Below, piece after piece: positions 25,891 through 36,284 of a stretch of DNA of 64,000 bases (its first letter is position 1; each line of letters starts with the position of its first letter). The notes beneath the pieces are model-generated. The model saw nothing but the letters and a program-made list of their open reading frames with translations. It had not been told where the DNA came from and ran no database searches. Both the position numbers and the translations under genes were made by a program. Location: assembly GCA_047495785.1 (NCBI GenBank), contig JBLDXI010000003.1:4340001-4404000 (forward strand). Reading direction: 5' to 3'. Source of the stretch: Lepidodermella squamata. Its lineage: Eukaryota > Animalia > Gastrotricha.

Positions 25891-28200
25891 GCGATAAAAA
25901 ACATATAAACTCGTATCGCAATCCAAATCGACAAATCTTACGACGGGGAGCAACGCTTGTGCTGCGCTGTGGAACCTGTTTACCTAGTGTCTCGAAGATT
26001 AGCAAGATTCATGAGAACTGGGCGCTGTGCAAAATCTACAAGGCCTCGTCTAAGCATCGCAACCGCCGCATCGTCAACTATCCGCAGTCTGCAGTCTTAT
26101 AAGCAACAACCAAAGGCGATGGCACCTGGGGGCGCTGTCGACGCTCGGCATTGCATCAAACAATCGCTCAATGAAACGACATCGGAAAGTGGCGATACAA
26201 CTCTCGCGCCGCCCGCCTCGTCTTTTCCTGGTCCTGGTCGGCAAATACAGTCTCAATCACCACAGATGTCCACAAACCAGCAAATTAAATGCAACACGTC
26301 CGTCGGCGTCATTTTCATCACTTGCGAATGTCCCTGCGAATGACTCCATTAAGGTTGTCGGAGCAATAACAGCAGCCGCGAAAGCTCAGCCTTCGCTCCT
26401 CGGCCTGCTTTGCAACAAAAATGTAACTTCGTTGATGGTTAGCACCTTCGTGAAGGTGCACATCTTACAAAAATGTTACTCGCGGCGTATAAGTAACGAC
26501 GGCACGCCTAACACGCCAAACGTCGTGCACCTTGACTACCGAGGCGACGCGGGGTCAGGCCCCGCCGTCGTCGTCGGAGCAGCAAAAGCATTTTTAACCG
26601 CAGATTGCGAAATCACCGACAGAAAATTCTTCGGTGCGTGCGTCGCCGGCTATGACAACGCCCTCTTCCGGCTATGAGAATAGCCGAGAGAGCGAAAGAA
26701 GGGAAAGTAGAAAGAACGATTGAACATATTGCGCTCGTCTGATTTGTCCCTGGGAAGTAAACTTCGACTTTTCTGCCTGAACGGTTGGGAACGCTTGTGC
26801 CTTAACAGCGGCGATGTCTTGAAAACGTTGGCGTGAAGCGTCCCCTCAGCGGCGGATCAGAAACCTGCTCTATGTACGTAAACGTCTGAGAAAGAACTGA
26901 AAGAAGAAAGAAATCGTTGCCGCAGAAGCGGGACCACCTAGAGAAAATCACCGGCACGCTGAAATTCTCTATCAGATCGGGCGATTTCGATCGATCAAGT
27001 TGAAAACCTAAATGTCACCATCTTTATTAGTCGTCGAATGCCGACAGCAGGCTGTTTTGTTGCTGTTCAAGCTGTTGCTTGGAACCGAGCCTACCTAATT
27101 GGCACTCCGTCGGAAGATAAGGAGCGTTTGGAGTCTAAGACGACGGCTACGCGTTAATTTCCTCAGAAAACTGAACGACCTATCACCGACGAGCAACGAA
27201 TCTGCACGTGCAATAGTTGCTCAACGGTTCGTTCTCAGCTTAGGATCCTAATGGCGCGAAAAGGTCGTTCAGGCGTTGATTCAAGAAAATAATCGAGGTA
27301 AAAAGTTTCAGATGTTCAAAAATCAGGTTAAGCTGTTTTGTTCTCTTCGCAGATATTGCTTTCGTTTTTTCGAAGTTTGTGATGAAACAAAACCTCGAGT
27401 CAATGATATCGCTTTCCAAATGATTCAAAATCTACTTCTGCACATTTCGAACATAACGGAGCTTGTTGCCGCTAGATTTGTAAGGAAATTCGAATATTGA
27501 AAATTGAAATTCTTTATGTTCCACCTTAATAGGCTTTTGTTAAAGTTGGTTTTATACCATTTTTGCTGAAAAATCTCAAAAATGGTCCTGAAAAGAGAGA
27601 GAAAGGTCAAGTCAACGCAGAAGTGTCTGGCTCAAAAGTGTATATTTATTCTCTACAATCTTGCCCGTTCGCTCGGAAACAAAAACGAACTGTTCGGCAA
27701 CGACGCCGTTAAGGTAATAGAAATCCTTTTCATCGGTACCGCGCACCGACTCGCACTCATGCAGCGCACCGATATTCCCGGTGACGCACTTGGCGCTGTT
27801 TACGAGGCGCGTCATGCAAAGTGACAGTCTCCAGTGTGCATTGCTTTCCGCAGTCTCACATCTGGGACCAATAAGCTACGGCTAGTATTGTGCGCTACTA
27901 CCGCTCCGGCTGCCTGGGTTACATCAACTATACGAAATTTTTGTATAACTAGCCATCTGAGATACGATACCCGGTTCGATTTATCTATTATACCCGACTT
28001 TTGTTGCTCTTATACTATTACACAAATATTTTGAATTTTGTCCGCATTTGTTGTAATTATGTCGTATTCGCGTTTTTATGATATAATTTCAGTCGTATTT
28101 ATTTGTTGGCCTCGATTCTACACTGCTTGGCATTATTTTCACCCGATTAACCCGGTCGGATTCGCCAAAAATTAGCGTAAAAATCGTATTTGTGTACATA

Positions 28201-28821
28201 CCGTCAAATGGGGTGACTTTAGCCAGTGGGGCGACATTGCCATAGGTTTTTGCGATCGAGTTTAGATCGCACACGCTGTCAATATCTCATGCATGATGTA
28301 TGTGAACTAGGATGTCAACGGAAAGCCCTGAGTATGCACAATTTAATTATATACCTTGTGTTGCTATTTGAACAGTATCCAATTTACAAACTGACGTTTG
28401 ATACTGGCAAAGTCACCCCGCGTACGGTTTAGATGCAGATGGGGCGACTTTGCCCTAACTCAAACCGCAGGTGGAAAGGCGGATACCTCTCAAGTGGGGT
28501 ACCGCTGGATAGCTTGTGTCGGAGATTGCTCGATAATGACAAGAATTTTTATTTTTGATCACACCTGGTCGACTTTAGAGTCATCTAAATTCTGCCGAAA
28601 ACTCTATTTTTTTCGCTCAACTTTACCTGTGTTTAATCACCAGGTAATGTGAAGGACTGAAGTATGTTCAAGGCATTCCAGCTGGTCTTTTCTTGGGCTT
28701 TCCAACGGTACCCCACTCAAGGGGCCTTTATCTTGATACCTCTGAGATATGGCTATGCGAAAGTCGCCCCATTTTTCCATGGCAAAGTGACCCCGACTGG
28801 CAAAGTCGCCCCGTTTGACGG
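28201..28821. mobile_element. Tc1/pogo-type MITE
   Basis: TA|CCGTCAAATGGGGTGACTTT...AAAGTCGCCCCGTTTGACGG|TA, with internal repeats of the TIR motif. Confidence 0.85.
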
Positions 28822-29162
28822 TACCAACAACAACTGTTTACTTTCTTGGCAAAAATAACAAATTTGACTACCTATATTTATTTGTTGCCAGCTTACACTC
28901 TCATTCTGAAAATTTGATTTTATTTCATCGTCGAGCATTTATTGCGCCTATATATAATAGAAAAAAATGATAATAAATTTCAAACGATGAGGAATTATTT
29001 GCGTGTACGTTTTTTTCGGCGAGAAATTAGGCAACAATTGAAAAGCAGGCTTTCATTCACAAAATAAGGAATATGTACAACAATGCCGAAGAATCGAATG
29101 AGATCAAGAGGTGTTCTTTTACAGCAGCAGCATCATCTTATAAAGCATCGCTACATATACGA

Positions 29163-29594
29163 CCGTACTGCGCCAGAAATGTTGGGCCTGTCCTTTTTTT
29201 CACAAAACAAGTCGAAACCCCGTCTTATATGTGAGACCGCCCTTTATTTGAGGCCTGACCTTAATTATTTCGAACCATTCTCAGCTCATCACGCGGTACA
29301 TCGCATCCAGTCGCCTCTGAATCGACCTCTAAATAGATCGGCATATGCTCAGTTTTTTAACCCAAGGAGAACGCGATGATGATGATGATGACTTAATATA
29401 TAATTCGAATTCCGAATTCCTTTAAACTATTTCGAAAGTTATCAAAATATATCATAAAATGATGATACACGCGTGGGCGACCTGATCATGATTTGAGGCC
29501 TGACCCTTATTACTATTTTGAATGACCCTTGGACCCCGTCTTATATTTGAGGCCGACTTTCATACGAGGCTGACTAACTTTTCGGGCAGTACGG
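29163..29594. mobile_element. Degenerate pogo-type MITE
   Basis: CCGTACTGC...GCAGTACGG|TA; repeated ATTTGAGGCC and CCCCGTCTTATAT motifs. Confidence 0.6.
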
Positions 29595-29680
29595 TATTTT
29601 ACACGGCGACACACCACTATACCTAATATTATAGAATTATTAGAAAATTATTAATATTGCTTTTCTTTATAAAAACGATC

Positions 29681-29930
29681 TTAAGGACCGAAAATGTCAT
29701 TTGCAATATCACGTATTTTTCTCAGCCGACCGCGCAAGTCAAAATTCATCCACGGAGCACTCTTCGCACTACGATGTTTTCGTCGAGGCACAAACAGAAA
29801 GAAACACAGGTATATAATTCTGAGAAGACGCATGTAGCACACATCTGTGGAAGCTGTGTTATCAATGATATAGCTCCAGTCATATTGGTTAAGAAATCGA
29901 TGAAATTCCAATGAGTTCATTTCATAAAAA
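29681..29930 (-). mobile_element. CR1-like LINE ORF2 linker fragment
   Basis: LNQYDWSYI...FVPRRK..KSAPWMN.DLR. Confidence 0.6.
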
Positions 29931-32150
29931 TTGAAAACCCGAGCAATAGACGGTGAAGACACAGTTGAAACATAATATTTTTGAGGAGAAGCAAGCAGTC
30001 AGGAGAAGAAGGCAAGCAGGTCGAAGAAGTAGATGGCGTCGCGCTGGCGACTGGTACGCCACGCGCATACCAAAGCTTGCCGATCAAATCAGCCATGACC
30101 ATGGATTCCTCACCTATCAACCACGCTACAGTGTCTACCTTCAAAGACAACTTTCTTTCCTGATAAGACGAGCTGAGTTACACTTAAGAGATTTGCGGAT
30201 AGATTCGGAATATAATTCACATTTCTCTCTAATGACGCTTTGCACCAGGAGTAGTAGGAAAATAAAAGGACATCCCACCAATGCTACCAATGCTACCAAG
30301 GCAAAAAGGTACCATCACCGATTTTAAATCTTTTTGCTTCAGATTCATGTCGAATAGAACTCAGAATAAAGCAATAGTGGTTCGCAGTAACATTCTCACT
30401 AAATCCACTGTCAACTAACCAGCGATGGTCGAGTATAGGTGTTGGCGTGGGAGTTGGCATGGATGAGAGGGCATAATCACGAGCAACTTTATTAACCAAA
30501 ATGTTACCATGCGCATGTAGGAATAGACAATCCCGTGCACAAGAAAGAAATTTTCTCGGCGTTCAAAGCCATCGTACAGCTTGATTATCCCTGTCGTGGC
30601 ATGTGCGGTGAAAGTCCATTAGTCCTGAAAACTGAATTCGCTGATCGATGCAATCGGAGCATTTTCTTCGATGAGACGCCTCTTGCTACGCAGCTCGAAG
30701 ATTTGGCGAATTTTTTCGCGTAACGACGTCAAAACAATAAAATTGGCAAAGGTACAAAATGCTCAATTCGCCACACCGCCACAACGCCGAATCTGCGCAG
30801 TTGTTTCTGTCAGGTCGAGGGCGAACGATCAAAATGTCTTGCGCTGGCAAAATGTGAAATGTTCGAATCGGGAGGCTGAATTCAGGAATATTGAATATTC
30901 AGCTGCCGTCACTCAAGAAGAATTCGAGAAAAGATTACACCAAGACTTGACTGCTAAGGCGCATTTTTCTCGCCGCCTGGTTCGCCTCATCACCAAAAAA
31001 CGCTTTCACTGGAAGATTAAAAAGCCGACAAACCGGCCGGGTTTCGTCACGTTGTAAGCTACTTTCGCAAGGAGGCACAAAGAGGTGTTGCTCCCTTTTG
31101 CTTTGCCCATCTTCAACGCGAGGTTATACAGGATTCACATTAGATCTGCCGCTTATCTCGCCAGCGCTCCTGATGTTCGCCGTCTTGTGGCTTGTTTCTT
31201 GCCACACAACGCGCCGAAAGTCAATTAGCTGGCTTAAGTTGTGAATTGAGATCTACAGGATATAAAAATGAAAAGTTACATAAAATTAAGTTTATGGGTA
31301 TTCTTCTACTACCGTATATCGGTGATTTCGTTAACAGCACGAAGACTGTCTTGGCGCATGCCGATAGTAAGATGTAAAAAGATCAAGAACTAAAGAAATA
31401 AATTAATTAAGATAACGGATCCCGCCATCAGGAAATTCCAGGTTGAGAATAAACTGAAATTCCTCGGCCTAATCTAAGTCAACTGCGGAAATAGCATCTT
31501 CCATATCCACAGCAATTCAATGGGACGAAGTTACATCTATGTTGGTGAATCGGAACTTCAGCGAATTCAGAAGCACGAGTTTATCTAAGGACCGTCGACC
31601 TCGGCCAACCATAAGCAAGAAAATTTCGACTCGCGGAAATTAAATCGCACTTATTTTTCAGAATTCGCCTTGAACGAAGCAAAAATCACTCATACACGTC
31701 CACCAATCATTCAATCAATCGGCATGGCGTGACCACCGGCCGCAGCCACCCCGTTCTACGTGGTCGATATTCCGAAGATTGCCGATCTTTAAAAGATAAC
31801 ATCGACTTGTTCTTTCCGGCGCACGCTATCAAGACGCGATTTTTCTCTGTTTTTCAATTACAAAAATTATAAACCAGAAAACACACCGTATAATTCTCTT
31901 CCGATGATATAAACCCCGGTAGAAAACCGATGGCATCATTTTGTTCTATGCTGGCATAAACGATCAGAAAGAAACGGGATGAAACTTGGCCGCACGACCT
32001 TTTCACTTGAAATTTATTGAAGATTTAGCTTTTCGCAGGCTGACGAAATAAGCTGGAATGACTGAACTCAACTTCATTTCGTGCGAAACCACGGTTTGTT
32101 CAGTCAGTCGTGCAAGAAAGGTGTTCCTGAATTCTGAGCCATAAAAAAAT

Positions 32151-32693
32151 CGGAGTGGATATTCGTACTTAAATAAGTACGCGTTTTTTGATATTCATAC
32201 TTAAATAAGTACGCATTTTTTTATATTCGTACTTAAGCAGCTTTCCGCTTACGTAATATTCGAAATTTTTCGACCATAATATTCAGCTTTTAAAACTGTG
32301 TAAGAATCATATCTCACCCAGGAAGCTGAGATAACTTGGCCTTGTCAACTTTGCAGCCAAAAACATGAAAGTAGGGTTGGAAAGCTCAGGAAACCTAAAA
32401 GGTTCTGAACCTTAGATCCAACTTGATGAAAATAGGGAGAAACTCCACATTTTGCCATCAAATTTGACAAGTTCAAGTTATCTCAGCTTCCTGGGTGAGA
32501 TATGATTCTTACACAGTTTTAAAAGCTGAATATTATGGTCGAAAAATTTCGAATATTACGTAAGCGGAAAGCTGTTTAAGTACGAATATCAAATAACGCG
32601 TCCTTATTTAAGTACGAATATCAAAAAATGCGTACTTATTTAAGTATGAATATCAAAAAACGCGTACTTATTTAAGCAGGAATATAACGACCC
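32151..32693. mobile_element. Foldback/Mutator-like element with ~200-bp inverted arms
   Basis: Near-perfect inverted arms (about 32158-32354 and 32459-32685) containing 32-bp tandem units; 9-bp TSD TAAAAAAAT. Confidence 0.85.
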
Positions 32694-33202
32694 TAAAAAA
32701 ATAATTAATTCTTAAAATGCGGAAGAAAAGAATGAAAAGTGCATCTTCAAAATATCGGAATTGAAATTTGTCGAAAGCTGATTGGCTCGCGTCACTAACT
32801 CAAAACATGTTTTATATGCAAGGCTAGAAACGAAGAAAGAGAGTGGAAGAGTAGAAGGAACATAGAGAGAAAGGAAGCGTAGATGTGGAATAGAAACAGA
32901 AATTTCAGCAACTTCATCACAAACAGAGATGTCCCACACTGCTTTCCTTTGTCAACAGTTCAATTACAGTTGGGCAATTTCGAGCTGTCGTTGTGTATAT
33001 TAACAAACCGGACACATACGGGCACAGCTAGACTTAAGATCGTTTCGTTTCGATCGTACAATAGAAAAACAATCACTAGGGCGATAATATAAAAGAAACA
33101 CCATTAAAACAAAATCAAGGTTTGAATGAACACGGAAGTAATCAACTTTAGACAACCTGCGTCATTGGAGAGGTCATTTTGTGAGGAATAAAAGGATATA
33201 CA

Positions 33203-33675
33203 TGTCGTAGTCTAATAAGCAATTTAGTTGGATTGGGAATCCAACTAGTTTAATAGGCAAACTTTTCAAAAACTAGTTTATAAGGCAATCAAACACATTT
33301 ATTGCGCAAAACATTACCTCCTTGTAGAGGGGCTGAGGTTTTGAACAACCAACTCGATTGATAGCGTCAAACAGTGTTAGAAATGCATTTTTGGGAATTT
33401 TTGAGCCATATTTCAATTAAGAAAATTAAATTTTGTTAGGAGGAGTCATTGCACTCGCAGCAAAATAAAAGAGACAGAACAGCCAAGAAAACCACTCCAG
33501 ACCTTCTTCAGGGCTGAGTTCTCTAAATTTTCGCCGAATTGCCTAATAGTTTGACATTTGATTCAATGCTTGGTATAAGATCGATTATTACAAGATATTA
33601 AACTAGTTTTTGGGCAAATTGGCAAAAAACTAGTTGGATTCCCAATCCAACTAAATTGCTTATTAGACTACGACA
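33203..33675. mobile_element. MITE with TGT...ACA ends and a 4-bp TSD (Ginger-like)
   Basis: ~48-bp perfect TIR TGTCGTAGTCTAATAAGCAATTTAGTTGGATTGGGAATCCAACTAGTT; TSD TACA. Confidence 0.85.
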
Positions 33676-33963
33676 TACATTTTGGGCCATATTAATTTGC
33701 TATATTATATTGCAGCAATAATAAAAACATAGCGGCCCCTTTCAAATGCAACGGGACGATTTTAAACAGCAGATTGAGTTGCCATCGTTGCTTCTCCTCA
33801 TCGAAGTCAGCAGTTTCTGATGAATACCTCATTAATTATTTAACGATAATATTGTGGCTCAATGACACAAGGATGTAACAAGTTCCCTCGTATTCTCAAT
33901 TTAGCTTCATCTTTATTTCTTTCCTCGCATATCTCTCACAAAATATCGTAAATAGCATAAAGT

Positions 33964-35999
33964 TTACGCCTCGCCAGGTTCCTTCAAATCCTTCTTCAAC
34001 GGACCCTGAATAAGAAAAAAACAAAAGGTCAAAGCAAATCATTCTAAAGTGTTTCAACAAACCATGAAGGAAATCTTCTCCTTGTGCGTCTGGAAGCGAC
34101 CATGACCGTACTTGGAAGCAGTATCGATCCACTTAAGGGTGATCTTCTCGTTCTGCCACCGCTTGGTCGGGGTAACCAATGACTTGCGAAGAGTAATCGG
34201 TCGCTTGCGCACACCGATGATGCAACCCTTCAGCATCAGGAAGTCGTTCTTGACCTCACCGTAGCGTGGGAAACCGCCCATGGGAGTGATGCTCTTCTCA
34301 GTCTTGTCGTGTTCGGTCGAGGCGTTATCCTTGATTTCCTTGTTGCCTTCTTTGTAGTAGCCCTTGCCAATGCGGTAGATCTTCTTGTTCATCTCCGTGC
34401 GATGGAAGTAGCCCTTTTGACCGACGCGAGCGACAGCCCACGAGACACGGGCAGGATGCCAGGCACCAATACAGGCGACCTTGCGCAGACCCTTGTGAGT
34501 TTTGCGAGGCAGCTTGCGAGTACCCCAGCGAGACGTGACACCTGAGTAAATAAGCATAAACACAATTATAGAAGTTTCGAAGTTCGAAATTTAAGCTCCA
34601 ATCAACTTGGAGGCAAATCAGTAGGAAGGCAACATTAAATTTCAACATGAAAATTCTGAGCACTGTTCATCATTTTTACCAAAGATAGTCAACCGGAAAA
34701 AATAATTACCTTGAACTCCGTGGCCCTTCGTGACACCAATAGTGTCAATGCACTCGTCTTGATTGAAGACCTGGTTGATGGTGATGGGCTTCTCGAAGTG
34801 CTCCCGCGCCCAGGCGACCTTATCGGCGATAGTGCCACCGTTCAGTTGGATTTCCATGATGTGCGCCTTCTTGAGCTTCAGAGGAGTCAGCTTGGGCTGT
34901 AAATTCAGAGAATATACATTAACGTCAATAAGCAACTCAAACCAATTCCTTAAGCACCCTTATTTCAGTTAAGGCTTTATTCTACCCACAATGAAAAGCA
35001 TCAGTGTTTGGCGAATCAACCTAAACCCTGTCGGCATTTCTGGGACTAAATGCTGTAATTGCTTAGGAACTCAGTCTAAGTAAACGTAACTAACCTGAGT
35101 GTGCGCCAGAATGCGGACGACTTTGCAGTACTTGACGATACGGCGGAAGTCACTTTCGATCTCCTTTTGACCAGCTGGGTCGCTCCATTTCTTCGAGTAC
35201 TTGGTGAACGCCTTTTTCTTTGACTTGTACCTTAGAATTTGTAAAACTCAAAGTAAGCTTTGTTTGACTGCAGGCTGACACCGATCAATCAAGTTAGATG
35301 TCGACTAAAGAGTGCACCCTGGTTCTGAGTATCATTAACCAACGCGTCGCTGCGTTAGGCTCATGTACTGAACTAAACGTGCACTCATTTAAAACGTAAT
35401 GTCTCATAAACCATTCGGTTCAGCGGAGACAAAGAACAAGTGAGTATCTGCGAGCTTAGAGGCTTGTTGGAACATCCTGTAAACAAAAACTTGAGACTAA
35501 TTTGCGTTCTAATCATACCAGTTCTTGTAGAAACGGCGGCGGCACTCTTCGCTCAGATTGTGAGCCCAGACGGTTTTGAAGATGCGCATACCCTTCGGGG
35601 TATCGATATAGCCAACAACACCGCAGCAGACCATGGGCGGAGTTTCGACAATGGTAACGGCTTCAACAACTTCCTTCTTGTTGACCTCTGCGTTGAGATA
35701 AAAAAATTTCCGACATTTAACTACTGGCTACTGGTATACTAATTAATCTTACTTGAGCCAATGCGATCGACATCACGCACGATATGAGTCATACCAGCCT
35801 TGAAGCCAATGAAAGCGGTAACATGAACAGGCTTTGAGGGGTCGTCCTTAGGGAAAGCCTTGCATTTGCCACGCATCCTGCGGCTTCGCTTCTTCGGGAG
35901 GAAACCCAGAGAGCCATGGCGAGGGGCACAATATTTACGATGCGACTAAAACAAAGTCATGTTCAAGTAATGGCAATCAAATAAAATACAACTAACCAT
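33964..35999 (-). CDS. RPL3: 60S ribosomal protein L3 (uL3), 7 coding exons
   Basis: Exons 35999-35997, 35945-35753, 35687-35519, 35230-35095, 34896-34710, 34541-34063, 34005-33964 splice to [21 protein letters not shown]...[11 protein letters not shown]...[15 protein letters not shown]...MGPLKKD. Confidence 0.98.
34612..34680 (-). ncRNA. SNORD83: Box C/D snoRNA, SNORD83A/snR52-like (18S Am468 human / Am420 yeast)
   Basis: Terminal stem GGTAAA/TTTGCC, C box ATGATGA, D' CAGA, C' ATGTTGA, D CTGA. Guide TGTTGCCTTCCT pairs with 18S AGGAAGGCAGCA, and the D+5 rule selects the first A of GGAAGG. Confidence 0.88.
35296..35450 (-). ncRNA. Candidate H/ACA snoRNA or structured intronic element
   Basis: Hairpin, ACATTA (H-box pattern), long hairpin GAGTGCAC...GTGCACTC, then ACA followed by 3 nt. 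Confidence 0.4.
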
Positions 36000-36276
36000 T
36001 ATTTAGAGTAATGTCGTGAAGACCTATAAAGTAAAACAGTTTAAAATAAACCAAAGCATAAGAAACGAGAAACGAGCTCGGAAAACAGATAAATGGATTC
36101 TACCCGTAATTAACTCATCAAGTCGGCAAATAAAGAAATATCTCTGAAGTCGCAGGAGGAAATCAGGACACAATCCTGGCTTGAATCACACAAAATGGTA
36201 CATTTTCCTTTAACCTCGGAACCTGGTGTACTGATAACTGAGGCCAGATTCTGAATCTGTCTACAAACAAGCAAAC

Positions 36277-36284
36277 CTAAAGAG
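36277..36284 (-). promoter_or_regulatory. RPL3 5'TOP start / 8-nt first exon
   Basis: CTCTTTAG|gtttgc, then an intron ending tttatag| at 36024. Confidence 0.55.
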
